Part shown: piece after piece, positions 1-12,630 of the stretch | How the letters are laid out: each line of letters opens with the position of its first letter | Position numbering within the stretch: the stretch's first letter is position 1 | Assembly (NCBI GenBank): GCA_964016885.1 | Contig: OZ024747.1 | Coordinates: 50,964,001 to 51,028,000 of the forward strand | Origin: Eledone cirrhosa | Taxonomy: Eukaryota | Length of the DNA stretch: 64,000 bases | Reading direction: 5' to 3' | Position numbers and translations under genes: made by a program | The notes under the pieces: generated by a model | The model's database searches: none | The model's input: only the letters and a program-made list of their open reading frames with translations | Told to the model about the DNA's origin: nothing

Positions 1-3000
1 CTCTTTCATCATGGCTATTACGCACAGAAAGACCGCCTCTGCTTCATTTCTGAAGGGAGGAGGCGGCTTGATGTTCACCACAGACTCGGCGGTTAATCGA
101 ATCGGCGCCACACGCGACAGCAGTCGTTCGACGTAGCCCCACAGATCGGCAATGCCCGGGCAGTGTACCAGTGCATGCGCAACGGTTTCCTCGTCGCGCA
201 CGCATCTGGGACAGATCTTTTTCGCGGGATCCCTGCCCGGGCGCCCGTGTCTGTAGAGCTTTTCTCGAACGGGCAGAGCCCCCCGGTAACACTGCCAGGC
301 TAGGGACCTCTGGAAGTTGTCCATGGGTCCCGGGCCGAAAGTTCTACCGAACAGGCTGGCCAGTTCGTCCTCCTCCATGCCTAGCGACTCTCCAAGGGTG
401 TCGTCGCCCCTGCTAGCCACCAACCCTCTATAGAATGTTGAGGTGGATTCTCCACTGACAGTCGGGTCCGCTTGCCAGATAGCCGTGAGCGCCTGGGCAC
501 ACTCAGTGTGCCAGTTGCCCAGTTTTCTCGGTCTTTGCTTCACCCAGGATTGCAGTTCGGTGAGCGAGACGAGCTGTGGGAAGGCTCGCCTCACAAACGG
601 GGCCCACACCGGCTGACCGTTGAGGAATACCTGTAGATGCCGTAGCCTCAATGCGTGCCTACGCATCAACAGCCACGGCATACCCAGCCCTCCTTTCGAA
701 GGGTGCTGGCAGCAGATGGATCTCCTCACCATGGGAGGCCGCTTCTTCCAGAGGAACTGGAAGAGCATGCGTTCCATGATGGTGAGCTTTTCCTTGGGGC
801 AAGGCACGACGGTCAGGCGGTAGTAGATGACGGACGCTATGTAAGCGTTCGTCACCTCCGCCCGACCTTTCAGTGATAGTTTGCACTTGGCCCACTTCTG
901 GGTCAGCGCAAACACCCTGCTCGTCACCTCGCCCCAATTCTTCTCCACCTGGAGGTCCGGTCCGAACCAGACCCCGAGCAGCTTCACCGGGCCCTCCGTC
1001 CACCGCCCGACGACACCGTCTAACGGCATCGGTTTGCCCCTCCACGTTCCGAGTTGCAAACCGACTGACTTGTCCTGGTTCAGCTTAGCCCCCGTCAGCC
1101 TTTCGTATTCCTCCAGTAGGGTGGCGATCGCCCCGATTTCCGAGGCGTCCGCCACCATTACTGTTACGTCGTCGGCATAGGCCGAGACCGCTTTGTGCAA
1201 TCCCGGTTCCAGGGGTATGCCCCGCAGCAACTCCAACTTCCGCAGCAGTGGCTCGAGAGTCAATACGTACAGAAGGGAGGAGAGGGGGCACCCCTGTCTG
1301 ATGGATCGGGTGATTTGAAACGGCTCCGAGAGGTAGCCGTTTACTTTAATCCTAGAGTAGATATTGCCACTGTGCATGGCAGAAATCCAGCCCCTGAAAA
1401 CGGGTCCGAAGCCCGCCGCCGCTAGCACCGCATCCAGGTAACCATGGTCGACCCTATCGAACGCCTTAGATTGATCCAAGTTGATCAGGGCCCCACCAAA
1501 GCCGGGTTCGTAGCCAACCCTCTCTATGATGTATCGCATGAGGTGGAGGTTGTCGTGAATGGACCTGGACGGGATAGCGCATGTCTGCGCGTCTCCCACC
1601 AAACCACCCACCACAAGCGCCAACCTCTTCGCCAACACCTTGGCCAAAATCTGTAACTCTGCATTCAGCAGAGTTATGGGCCTAAAGTTACTTAAGTCGT
1701 CCCCCTTGCTCTCGTCCTTCCTCACTAGCGTGACCACGCCCTTGGTCACAGAACAGGGAATTCTCCCGTTCTGTTGCCAGTTGCAATAGACAGCCTCGAG
1801 GAGTTCGGAGAACAAGACCGGCATAGCTAAATAAAGTTCGTATGGTAGACCATCGAGACCCGGGGATTTGCGTCTGCTGCATTGGCTGAGCGCTTCCCCG
1901 ATTTCAGTGGCTGTGATTGGCCCTTCGCAGCACTCCGCTTCGCCGCTCGAAAGACGCGGTAGACCGTCGAGGTATGGACCGAAGTCCACATCCCCGTCCG
2001 GCCCCCCGCCACCTCCGAACAGTCGAGCAAAGTGCCTTTGAAAGGTCTCGCACATTCGCTCAGGTTCAAGGATCACCCGTCCATCCTGGTCTCGCAAAGA
2101 CCGAATGGTGGATTTAATCCCACTCTTGGCTTCTGTCACGCGGGCCCAGCTAACAGCTTTGGTCCCCTCGTTTCCTAAAGCACGTATTTTACTTCGGACA
2201 ACGCAGCCTTCGTGCTTCGTGTCAAAGAACTGGCTCAATGCCGTTCTCGTCGCTAACACTCTGGCTACGTCTCCGCTCCTAATCGCCTCTTCTAGTTTAT
2301 CTGTTAACTCCCTTTCCCTCCTATTTCTATTCGCCGCTAGTTCCTTACTGTAACCTATCGAACTTACTCTAATCTCTCTCTTTAGAGATATCCACCACCT
2401 ACTGTTGACGATCGCTCCCGTCAACCGCATCTTAACTAAGCTACTAATCCGGTTTCTGTAATCTTTCTTTGTCGGTAAGGACAAGTTCATCTTCCAGTAA
2501 CCGGGACCCTGTCTATGCGTTCTATCAAGGTTGACCACGCAGGTCACTAATTTGTGATCTGAATAGCCAACCATGATCAGTTCTGGACAACTAAATACGT
2601 CCCTATCCTTACTCCTAACCAAAAACCTATCTAGGTACGATCTAGATTGTCCACTGCGGTTTGCCCAGGTCCAGGTTGGCGCAGTTGGACAATCTAGTCG
2701 AAATCTATCGACCAGGTCGAATCGATCGAGTAACCCCTTGAGGCTGCTACACCCCCCTCTATCGGGACATGCCCCTGCATAGTCCCAACGCGCATCTAGG
2801 ATTCCATTCCAGTCCCCCACTAAAAGCAGGGAACGCGACGTTCCTAGAAAAGTCTCCAGACGTTGGAAGAAGTCGGCTCTCTCCGCCCCGAAGGGAGCAT
2901 AAAGACCGACCAGTCTGAAAGCCCCGCCTTCACCACCTCCGACGTCCAGCACCAGTAATCGACCCCCCGGGTCCGAGTGAACAATCTGTACGTCGAGAGT

Positions 3001-3225
3001 TAGACGTTTATCCAGCAGTACGGCAACTCCCCCCCCGCCTCCGGGTTGACAGAGAGATGCGTGCATCTCAAAGTCATCGAAGGCGGGCGCCAGCTGTCTC
3101 ACGCTGCTGATCCGACTCTCGCAAACAACCATCACATCTATACTTTGTGACCTGAGGTCACTTAGAAGCTTTGCTTGCTTCCAAGCTGAGCTCAGGCCAC
3201 GCGCGTTCAAACAGCCAACTCTCAA
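1..3225 (-). CDS. LINE ORF2: AP endonuclease + reverse transcriptase + C-terminal CCHC finger (open to window edge)
   Basis: Spot translations in one frame: LRVGCLNARGLSSAWKQ (APE start, 3225), AYADDVTV (RT active site, ~1182-1159) and CPRCVRDEETVAHALVHCP (~213-157). The frame is absent from the ORF track, consistent with no stop before position 1. Confidence 0.92.
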   Translation of the reverse strand, partial: MRVGCLNARGLSSAWKQAKLLSDLRSQSIDVMVVCESRISSVRQLAPAFDDFEMHASLCQPGGGGGVAVLLDKRLTLDVQIVHSDPGGRLLVLDVGGGEGGAFRLVGLYAPFGAERADFFQRLETFLGTSRSLLLVGDWNGILDARWDYAGACPDRGGCSSLKGLLDRFDLVDRFRLDCPTAPTWTWANRSGQSRSYLDRFLVRSKDRDVFSCPELIMVGYSDHKLVTCVVNLDRTHRQGPGYWKMNLSLPTKKDYRNRISSLVKMRLTGAIVNSRWWISLKREIRVSSIGYSKELAANRNRRERELTDKLEEAIRSGDVARVLATRTALSQFFDTKHEGCVVRSKIRALGNEGTKAVSWARVTEAKSGIKSTIRSLRDQDGRVILEPERMCETFQRHFARLFGGGGGPDGDVDFGPYLDGLPRLSSGEAECCEGPITATEIGEALSQCSRRKSPGLDGLPYELYLAMPVLFSELLEAVYCNWQQNGRIPCSVTKGVVTLVRKDESKGDDLSNFRPITLLNAELQILAKVLAKRLALVVGGLVGDAQTCAIPSRSIHDNLHLMRYIIERVGYEPGFGGALINLDQSKAFDRVDHGYLDAVLAAAGFGPVFRGWISAMHSGNIYSRIKVNGYLSEPFQITRSIRQGCPLSSLLYVLTLEPLLRKLELLRGIPLEPGLHKAVSAYADDVTVMVADASEIGAIATLLEEYERLTGAKLNQDKSVGLQLGTWRGKPMPLDGVVGRWTEGPVKLLGVWFGPDLQVEKNWGEVTSRVFALTQKWAKCKLSLKGRAEVTNAYIASVIYYRLTVVPCPKEKLTIMERMLFQFLWKKRPPMVRRSICCQHPSKGGLGMPWLLMRRHALRLRHLQVFLNGQPVWAPFVRRAFPQLVSLTELQSWVKQRPRKLGNWHTECAQALTAIWQADPTVSGESTSTFYRGLVASRGDDTLGESLGMEEDELASLFGRTFGPGPMDNFQRSLAWQCYRGALPVREKLYRHGRPGRDPAKKICPRCVRDEETVAHALVHCPGIADLWGYVERLLSRVAPIRLTAESVVNIKPPPPFRNEAEAVFLCVIAMMKE

Positions 3226-3230
3226 TTGAT

Positions 3231-5066
3231 CTATTTTGGTGTTGAAAGTGAAGAAAGAAAAGCACTTACCTCTCCGGGTTGCGTAATTTCCATGGCATCA
3301 GGTGTGTTGGGTGGAGGGATGTTTTGTGGTGGTGTGGGGGTACACGTGTGTGGTGGGGTTGGGGTATTTGGAGTTGTGTCAGGGAGAGGGGCGGTTATGG
3401 GGAAATCTTTCAAGAGGACGCGATTCAACGGTTTTAAACAGGGGGGGCTCACGTCCCGTCTAAATTGTTCTTTTAAGGAACGATAAAGGTCCAGAGGGAC
3501 CTTTATCATTTTTAAATGGGTGAAGTTCTCTGTTGAGATAAAGTTTGGCCCTTCGGTCTGCACCATAGGGTTATTGTTTATTAATTTAACCAGTTTTTTG
3601 TTTTCTTTATTTATATATGTGTATTGCAACGTCTTTTTTTGTGATGCTGTCAATGTTTCGGAGAGGGGAGGCGCAGATTTATTTTTGTTTGTTGAGGGTG
3701 GGGTGTTTTTGATTGGAGTTGGTGTTTGTGTGTGGGTTATTTGTGGTGTGCTGGGTGTGTGTTTTCTTTTTTTTCTTTTAACTTGTCTGAAGGCTTCTCC
3801 TCCTTCTTCTTCAGAAGTTGGGGGAAACTCTTCAGCGCTAGGTGGGAGGGACGTGTTGTGTGGTTGTTTTTTTTTTGCGGGAGGGGTAGATTTGTTACTG
3901 TTTTTTTTATTATTTGTTTGGAATGGGTTTTGTGGTGGTGGTGGTGGTAATGTTTGTGTCGTGCTTGTGGTTGGTAATGGTGGTGGTGATGTTTGTGTTG
4001 TGGTTGGTGGTGGTGATTTTTGTGTCGTGCTTGTGTTTGGTGCTGGTGGTGGTGATGTTTGTGTTGTGTTTGTGGTTGGTGGTGTCTGTATTTTGTTTGC
4101 TGTGTGTGGTATTAGTGTATTTTTGGAGGTGGGTGGTGCTGGTGTACTGTTTGTGGTGGGTGTGGGCAATAGTCCTTTTTGGGGGATACGTTTCGGGCAG
4201 TTAGCCTTAACGTGTCCCCTTTCCATGCATAAATAGCATGCTGGTCTTCTCCCCTCTACAATTATGTCTATTGGGGTAAGGTCATCCAGCCAGATGCGAT
4301 CCGGGATTTGTGCTATTCTTTCGGGCCTCATTTGGACTAGTATGTCGAGGCCCATTCCCAGGAACGCATCTCCAGTTGCCTTCCCCATTGACAGCATAGT
4401 GTCTTCGCCCATATCAATGAAGCCAGCAATAGCCCACCAGAAGTCCATTGTGGGCAGCATTGTTTTTACTTTTACCCTCTGTGTTCTTCTACCCATGTAG
4501 GAGGGATAGAAGCTATATGTTGTCGACGAGAGTGGGCTTAGGGAAAGCTGAACCGCCGTTTCTTTGTCTCTTGTTAGGACCGAAATGCTGCCATAGAGTC
4601 GGTCCTTTCGTATGAAGAGAATATTCTTCATATAGTCTTTTAGGACTAACTCTATTTCCATTTGGCTGGGCTGTGCTGGCTTTCTTGACTGGTTTAGTAT
4701 AGTTCTGTATATAACTGTGTTTTCTTCTCTGGCTTTCTTGAATTCTGGGGGGGAGTTAATGGAAAACATTCCGTTCTCTCCCAAAACAATATGTTTCTTT
4801 GCTTCGGCCAGTTTTTCTCTGGCGGCAGTTAGGTCAATTGGTGTGTATGTAATGGATTGCTTTGTTTTCTGGGCGAAAGTTGCCCTGTCGTTATTTGTAT
4901 TATTTTCTGTTTGTTTGTTTTCTGTTTGCTCATTTTCCTTAACATTTGTTTTTTCATTTTGTTTGTTTGTTTCAATGTCTAATTTTGTTGTAATTATTTT
5001 TTGTTCTTCAGACTTGGGGGGCGTGGCAGAGCTAATGGCAGACATGTCTGCCATCTTTTCCGCCAT
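3231..5066 (-). CDS. LINE ORF1, gag-like nucleic-acid-binding protein
   Basis: Track ORF 3231..5093 (620 aa), first ATG at 5066. CYLCMERGHVKANC zinc knuckle, Pro/Thr-rich repeats and a basic KRKKRK patch. Confidence 0.88.
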   Translation of the reverse strand: MAEKMADMSAISSATPPKSEEQKIITTKLDIETNKQNEKTNVKENEQTENKQTENNTNNDRATFAQKTKQSITYTPIDLTAAREKLAEAKKHIVLGENGMFSINSPPEFKKAREENTVIYRTILNQSRKPAQPSQMEIELVLKDYMKNILFIRKDRLYGSISVLTRDKETAVQLSLSPLSSTTYSFYPSYMGRRTQRVKVKTMLPTMDFWWAIAGFIDMGEDTMLSMGKATGDAFLGMGLDILVQMRPERIAQIPDRIWLDDLTPIDIIVEGRRPACYLCMERGHVKANCPKRIPQKGLLPTPTTNSTPAPPTSKNTLIPHTANKIQTPPTTNTTQTSPPPAPNTSTTQKSPPPTTTQTSPPPLPTTSTTQTLPPPPPQNPFQTNNKKNSNKSTPPAKKKQPHNTSLPPSAEEFPPTSEEEGGEAFRQVKRKKRKHTPSTPQITHTQTPTPIKNTPPSTNKNKSAPPLSETLTASQKKTLQYTYINKENKKLVKLINNNPMVQTEGPNFISTENFTHLKMIKVPLDLYRSLKEQFRRDVSPPCLKPLNRVLLKDFPITAPLPDTTPNTPTPPHTCTPTPPQNIPPPNTPDAMEITQPGEVSAFLSSLSTPK

Positions 5067-5268
5067 GCTGCCAAGAAAGAAATTTTTCGGCAAAAATAGA
5101 TATTTATTTTACCCCCTAAAAAGGGGGTAAATGCAAAAATGTTTCCCTAAATAACAGGGGTTAGTGTTCCAAATGTGTTGCACTAAAAATTTTATCCGGT
5201 ACTTACAATAGTAAGGGTAAATCCCGATGGAATAGCGGAGCCGATGCGAAGCGTGTCTTACTCTATCA

Positions 5269-5304
<36 letters not shown>

Positions 5305-5322
5305 CACATACACATATGTATA

Positions 5323-5410
<88 letters not shown>

Positions 5411-5587
5411 GGTACATACATACTATCACTCTCTCTCTCAAACACACATACACATACACATACACATACACGCACGCACACACACACATAATATATGCAC
5501 ATATCCGTATACAACATACATACAGGCAAGCTGCAAACTGGCTGTACTCTCTGGGTAATTGTGGTAGAGGGTAGCAGCGGTATAACG

Positions 5588-5667
<80 letters not shown>

Positions 5668-5869
5668 CATACATGCATACATAGGCACACATATAGAAAT
5701 AGAAACATAGACTCACCGAAAGTACGTACACAGTCACACACACACACACATATATACACAGCGGCACGCGACAGAAAATTAGCACAGACTGCCAGCTTGT
5801 GATCGTTGCATGCGACATCAATCGCCATTTTCTACATGACTTCGTAACACACGTGTGTATGTATGTATG

Positions 5870-5900
<31 letters not shown>

Positions 5901-5905
5901 GCATA

Positions 5906-6027
<122 letters not shown>

Positions 6028-6067
6028 TAAATATATGTATATATATGTATGTATGAATATATATATT

Positions 6068-6136
<69 letters not shown>

Positions 6137-6152
6137 TTGTGTATATATATTT

Positions 6153-6201
<49 letters not shown>

Positions 6202-6277
6202 AATATATATATTTATACATACAGATATATATATATATATATTTATATATATATGTATTTATATATATATATATTTT

Positions 6278-6392
<115 letters not shown>

Positions 6393-6650
6393 GTATGTAT
6401 ATATGTATGTATACATGTGGGTGTATTATCGGTGTGTGTATGACTGAATGTATAGATGTAATCATGTAATCATGTAATCAAGAGATGGAGAGTATTCAAA
6501 ACTAGATGTTGAAAGTAAGATTCTTTATTGGAAGTTGAAATGTCTGAGATCTTCTAAGTAATCGTCGGAGGAGCTGTGATGAGAAACTCCGTGTTACCAA
6601 TTATGAAGATTTACTGACAAGTTCCTGATGTGTATATATATATATACATA

Positions 6651-6686
<36 letters not shown>

Positions 6687-6719
6687 CATATGTCTATATA
6701 TATATATATATATATACTG

Positions 6720-6835
<116 letters not shown>

Positions 6836-6923
6836 GAGAGGTATAGAGATTGTTTTATATATATATATATATATTGTTGACGGACCCAGCATATTTATCA
6901 ATCTCAGCGTACTCCATGGGCAA

Positions 6924-6967
<44 letters not shown>

Positions 6968-7228
6968 TGGAATACGCAAGAGAACAGAACTACACATCTC
7001 TCTCTCTCTCTCGCTCTCTCACTCTCTCTCTCTCTCACTCTCTCTCCCTCTGTATACATATATACTCATTTTATAAAAGCTGTAGAGTGAGTCCTGTTAT
7101 TTAGGAGATTCGCCTGTTTATCACTGGGTCACCAGACTTCGGTATTGAGTACTCAATTCTCTCAGCCTTCGGCCACACACACACACACACACGCACACAC
7201 ACATATATATATTTATACACACAGAGTC

Positions 7229-7259
<31 letters not shown>

Positions 7260-7488
7260 GATAGAGAGAGAGAAAGAGAGAGAGATGGGGTGGGTGGGGG
7301 TGGGGGGTAAAAAGTGAGAGAATGAAGAAAGAGAGCAGTGTAGGCAAATATGTAAATATAGCAATACTTATAAAGACGTCCCTAGCCTGAATAGCATGTA
7401 CAGTTAAAATCCATAATTTCTATATGTGCAACCATTTATATATAAGATCTCTGCATGTATACGATACACTGCAATTATTTTCAAGTTT

Positions 7489-7656
<168 letters not shown>

Positions 7657-7991
7657 CATCATTTATTTCTTTGCTTATTTGTTTATTGCTTAAAAACTGT
7701 GTCTGCATATTTGCAAGGATAACTTAATATTCCTGTACAAAGCGTCTATATTATATGTATTTTTCTCACAAATATATTGCCCATTCAAAGGGAAGCGCAC
7801 TATATAACTTTCTTTATACACACACACACACACAGATATATATACATATATATATATATTCGCATATTTTTCATTCGGCGATGATCTTAATTGTGTAAAT
7901 CTTTCATTGAATTAGATACATGTAACCACATACGCATAGCCAATGCACACCACACACACAGACTTTTGTCTACACTCTCAAATATACGTCA

Positions 7992-8111
<120 letters not shown>

Positions 8112-8608
8112 GGTCACATATACACACAGCATACATCGAAACACATAATATTACTCCAGGGAATTATGGGTGAACGTCTGTTCTGTTCTTAAAATGGCGT
8201 TCGTGGATTAAAGATGGCGCACTTGGACATAAAAATGGCAGGACATAAAATACATACACTACAACGGAACTCAATTTGGAAGTTATCTAATAATAACTAC
8301 ATCAAGTGTTTTGTTGGACTCAACTCTACTTAAACGTTTCTCAGCTATTTCAGAATTAACTGACCGAACAGAATTATTAAAATGAGCAAGACAGAAAAAA
8401 TTATATATAGTTTTTTTTTCTTTCCTATTGTCTTTTTATATATTACATGCGTATATACGTTGTGTGTTTGTGTACGTGCTTACATACATACATACATACA
8501 TATATATAAGCCAGACAGACAAAGCAAATTCAGCCTACGTTACTTATATATCTCCCTACCACACACAAACACACACACACACGCACGAATATATATATAT
8601 ATATATAA

Positions 8609-8798
8609 AACGAAGGAAATGTGGTAAGGAACCAGATTGACCTTAACGCACCAAAGTACTCAATACTTAGGGTAGTAGAGTGGGTAATAGGAACAAGTAG
8701 GACCCCGACGGCTGAGCTCAAGGCGTTTCGACGGCTAATGTCCAGAATTAGCCGTCGAAACGGCTTGACTCCAGCCGTCGGACTCCTACTTGTTCCTA
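8609..8798. mobile_element. PLE pseudo-LTR fragment (family M), fold-back insertion in (TA)n
   Basis: Inverted arms carrying GAAA CGGCT TGAGCTC AGCCG TC GGGGTC (3' half of a hammerhead, slightly decayed here). Same family at 18612, 30853, 35599 and 62679. Confidence 0.7.
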
Positions 8799-8966
8799 TA
8801 TATATATATATACATAACTACATAAACTGAGAAAGCTATTAGCGATACTCCGACCAGTTTCCAAATCACTCAACAAACATTAGGAAAACCGGAGTATATT
8901 CCCAATTAAACGTTTGGAGTGTTAACTATATTGTATTGTGTGGATAATTGGCTGTATTATTTTATA

Positions 8967-9015
<49 letters not shown>

Positions 9016-9198
9016 TAAAAGGAAAAGAAAATGCTGACAAATTTTTCCCAGTGAAAAATAGTTTAATTAGGAATAAGTATAAATTATTAATAAGTATTGG
9101 TTAGTATTCAGTTTTAGTTTTAAGTTTTTACCAGTTGCGCATTTGTAATGCTTTTCAAAAATAATTTTGAGATAGAGCGCTCGTGATGTTTGCTCTAA

Positions 9199-9295
<97 letters not shown>

Positions 9296-9360
9296 TTCTC
9301 GGAAGGATTGTTGACCACTGCGGTATTCGAACACACACAGTAATGAACAAATAGCTCAAA

Positions 9361-9637
9361 GCATTGTGTCCAAGTGTCTAACAATATCTAAAGACATCAG
9401 GCTTTCCGTGACAACTTCCGCTATTCGTGGCGATAACCAACTGAGAGTGCACAACCGCCCCTGAACAAGATGCCAGTCCATCGCAAGGTTAAAGCACTTG
9501 AAGGTACTAATTTTTAGCTGACTATACAGGATCAACGTATATTGCTCAAGAACACAACACACAGTCTGGTCCAGGATTCGAACCCAGTATATTATGATCG
9601 CAAGTCGTACACCCTTACCTGTAGAGCACGCGTTTCC
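9361..9637 (-). mobile_element. tRNA-derived SINE, second (older) family
   Basis: Minus-strand B box GGTTCGAATCC, then TTCTTGAGCAA and GATGGACTGGCATC motifs. Related pieces at 16060-16210, 28230-28430 and 62393-62570. Confidence 0.55.
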
Positions 9638-9838
9638 ACAATAGTGCCAATCCACAATATTGTACAAATAGTAAACATGAAAAATTATACGACAATATTT
9701 ATGTGCTATGTATCCCAGCTCATATCACTTCCTTATATGAAGTTTAATTTCTAAATAGTTTTACGGATTGTCTTATTGAAGAGGTAATTCCCTTTATCTT
9801 GTAGATGGTGACGTTATATTGACTTTTGAATCATTATT

Positions 9839-10024
9839 GGTGGATTGGCAGTATCGGTAGAGGTTCGGACGCCATGCTTTGACGCATAGAGTTACGGCCC
9901 TTGCCATTCTGAGTTCAAATCCCGCCGAGGTTAAGTTTGCCTTTCATCCTTACGGGGTCGATAAAATAAAGTACCGTAATGCACTGGGTAATTGCTGGCC
10001 TTGTGCCAAAAGTAGAAACAATTA
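9839..10024 (+). mobile_element. tRNA-derived SINE, dominant ~185-bp family
   Basis: A-box-like TGGCAGTATCGG, B box GAGTTCAAATCC, body GCCTTTCATCCTTACGGGGTCGATAAAATAAAGTACC, tail GTAGAAACAATT. About 20 near-identical copies in the window. Confidence 0.85.
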
Positions 10025-10069
10025 GTAATGTAACGGCATAGCTCTTTATTTACAAGAACATTTACACTT

Positions 10070-10113
<44 letters not shown>

Positions 10114-10116
<3 letters not shown>

Positions 10117-10191
10117 GGTGTCCTAAAAAAATGTATATACAGACTTCAGCAGCATTCCAATAAATATATGTATACATTTTGGGACACCCTG
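10114..10191. mobile_element. ~80-bp Tc1/mariner-type MITE
   Basis: Imperfect TIRs GAGGGTGTCCTAAAAAAATGTATA / TATACATTTTGGGACACCCTG in a TA context. Confidence 0.6.
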
Positions 10192-10205
10192 TTTATATAT
10201 ACATA

Positions 10206-11074
10206 CGAGGTGTGTCAGAAAAGTTCCAGGACTGATGTCACAAAAGATTTATTTCAAACCCAAACTTCACACTAAGAGTTTTCTCCTTCAAAGTAATCCA
10301 CCTGGAGTCTAATGCACTTTTCCATCCTTTTCTGCCACGCTTGCATGCACTCCTGGAAGGATTCTTCCGGGATCCTCCGCAGTTCCGTCGTCACGGCCTT
10401 TTTGATGTCGTCCACGTCTTCAAAATGGGTCCCCTCCAGGTCGTACTCGAAGATCCATGACTCATCACCGGTGATGACTGTCCCTAGCAAGTCTGGTTCA
10501 GTTTCAAGACGCTCGAGGATGTCCTGGCACATTTGCATGCGTCGACCCTTCTGGTCATCGTTCAGCAGTTTTGGCACCATCTTCGCGCAGATTTTCCGCA
10601 TGTCCAAATCTTCAGTGAGAATCTTCCAGACGCTGTCCCGATTCATGCCCAGTTCATTTGCCATCAGTCGAACAGTCAGCCGACGATCGCTACGCACCAT
10701 CTGCCTGACGCGCTCAACGTTGACCTCAGTCCTGGTTGTTGAGGGCCTTACGCTACTGGGTTCATTTTCCACGTCCTCGCGTCCTTCATTAAACTCTCTA
10801 TACACTTGCTGCAGCAATCCCAGTGCTTCTGACGGAGTTTTCCCCAACCGTACCAGAAACTTCAAGTTTATTCTTTGCTCTGTGCTCATTGCTTGACGAC
10901 CTGAAACAGAGGAAATGTATATAAAATTATGAAGAAAAATGTGTGATGGCTGCAGAGAGCTAAGATTACAGTTACATACTCCAGGGGATAACTTTGAAGG
11001 AGTGTTAGTGTAAAGTTTGGGTTTGAAATAAATCTTTAGTGACATCAGTCCTGGAACTTTTCTGACACACCTCG
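10206..11074 (-). mobile_element. Mariner DNA transposon, internally deleted (869 bp)
   Basis: ~70-bp TIRs starting CGAGGTGTGTCAGAAAAGTTCCAGGACTGATGTCAC (10206-10275, 11005-11074). TA duplication at 10204-10205 and 11075-11076. Confidence 0.93.
10272..10889 (-). pseudogene. Deleted mariner transposase, 205-aa open frame
   Basis: EQRINLKFLVRLGKT, KMVPKLL (WVPHEL-equivalent), VITGDESW (first catalytic D) and C-terminal DYFEG. The second and third catalytic Asp region is missing. Confidence 0.88.
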
Positions 11075-11174
11075 TACATACATGCATACATGCATATATA
11101 TATATGTGTGTGTTTGTGTGTGTGTGTGTGTTTGTATTTGTGTGTGTGTGTGGTGAGGGGTTGTATATGTGTAT

Positions 11175-11246
<72 letters not shown>

Positions 11247-11858
11247 TTCATTAACGTGTTTACACGCACAGAAAACAGCATGCAGTAATAGGCATGCTTG
11301 CATAAACAAACAAGCACACATGCACTAATACATACATACACACACACACATACACACATACACTCATACACACACACATACACATACGCACACACATACA
11401 CATACACCATCAACTCACCACACACATACAAACAGGCTTAGTGCGTGGGGTGGGCCACACAGAGAACTACAAGTGTGTATGTGTATGTACGTGTACATAA
11501 GTGTGTGTGTGAGTGTGTGTGTGTGTCAGTGTCTAAGTATGTGTGTGTGAGTGTGAGTGTGTGTGTGTTTCAGTGTCTAAGTATGTGTGTGTGAGTGTGT
11601 GTGAGTGTGTGTGTCAGTGTCTAAGTATGTGTGTGTGTTAGTGTTTAAGTATGTGTATGTGTGTGTGTGTGTGTCAGTGTCTAAGTATGTGTGTGTCAGT
11701 GTCTAAGTATGTGTGTGTGAGTGTGTGTATGTGTGTGTGTGTGTCAGTGTCTAAGTATGTGTGTGTGAGTGTGTTTGTGTATGTGTATCAGCGTCTAAGT
11801 ATGTGTGTGTGGGTGTGTGCGTATGTATTTATATGTATTTATATATGTCTGATTGTCA

Positions 11859-11897
<39 letters not shown>

Positions 11898-12522
11898 TGT
11901 GCGTGTGCGTGTGCGTGTGCGTGTGTACGTGTAATCGTGTATGGCTGTGTGAGTGTTTGTGTATGTGTGTTGAAAGTGTGAAGTTTGTAATGTAAGGTGA
12001 AGAAGCATGGATGGTGGTTGGTGTCTAAGGTAAGATGGATAAGAGGGGATAGATATAAATATAAACAGTGTACCGTGGGAGGTGAGGACGGTGTAGTGGG
12101 GGCAACTATAAATTTGCATCCAATGAAGGAAAAGAGATGGGGATTGTCTAAGCTACAACTTCTCTCCATTCAACATTGATCCAACGGACTGTCGGAGTTT
12201 TTTTCTATAACAAGCAGACGATACGATACCTGACTGAGATTGTTGGAGAGGAAATTAAAACTAAGTACAGACAGTCAACCCCCAAAATAGACTGAGTGGT
12301 GTCTGCTGCAATCTTTGCATTTTCTTGTTGTTGTTGTTGTTGTTGTTGTTGTTCTTCTTCTTCTTCTTCTTCTTCTTCTTCTTCTTCTTCTTCTTCTTCT
12401 TCTTCTAGATTGTTAGCACGCATGCGCAGATGCGAGTAAATATGAACACGGCTACGCACAGGCACACACATACACATGCGTTTTTTAACTATTGTTCTCC
12501 CCTACACAACTTGGGAATATAC

Positions 12523-12569
<47 letters not shown>

Positions 12570-12573
<4 letters not shown>

Positions 12574-12621
12574 GCTTACGGCACCTAGGGCTCCCAAGCG
12601 GTCACCCATCCAAGTACTAAC
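12570..12621 (-). pseudogene. 5S rRNA: 5S rRNA 3'-half fragment
   Basis: Minus strand reads GTTAGTACTTGGATGGGTGACCGCTTGGGAGCCCTAGGTGCCGTAAGCGTTT, matching the metazoan 5S intermediate element/C box through the 3' end. Confidence 0.85.
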
Positions 12622-12630
12622 TATCTCTGT

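Larger units (their letters stand above)
1..5268 (-). mobile_element. Non-LTR retrotransposon, L1/Tx1 type, two ORFs, 3' end outside window
   Basis: About 200-nt 5'UTR, ORF1 with a CCHC knuckle and ORF2 with APE-RT-CCHC. GC-rich body. The 5' end abuts (GATA)n at 5270-5297, which reads (TATC)n on the element strand. Confidence 0.93.

Noticed and set aside
3231-3269. Apparent 39-nt intron (GTAAGT...TAG, minus) at the ORF1/ORF2 junction
   Set aside because: Splicing keeps the ORF1 frame and meets TGA at once. Neither of the next two AGs fuses to ORF2.
3520-5130. Plus-strand ORFs of 137-238 aa
   Set aside because: Antisense shadows of the LINE ORF1 low-complexity regions.
8190-8245. Cluster of YY1-like AAGATGGCG/AAAATGGC motifs (also an ETS-like CCGGAAGTG near 38783)
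   Set aside because: Short motifs without a linked exon. They are common in DNA transposon ends and are not enough to call a promoter.
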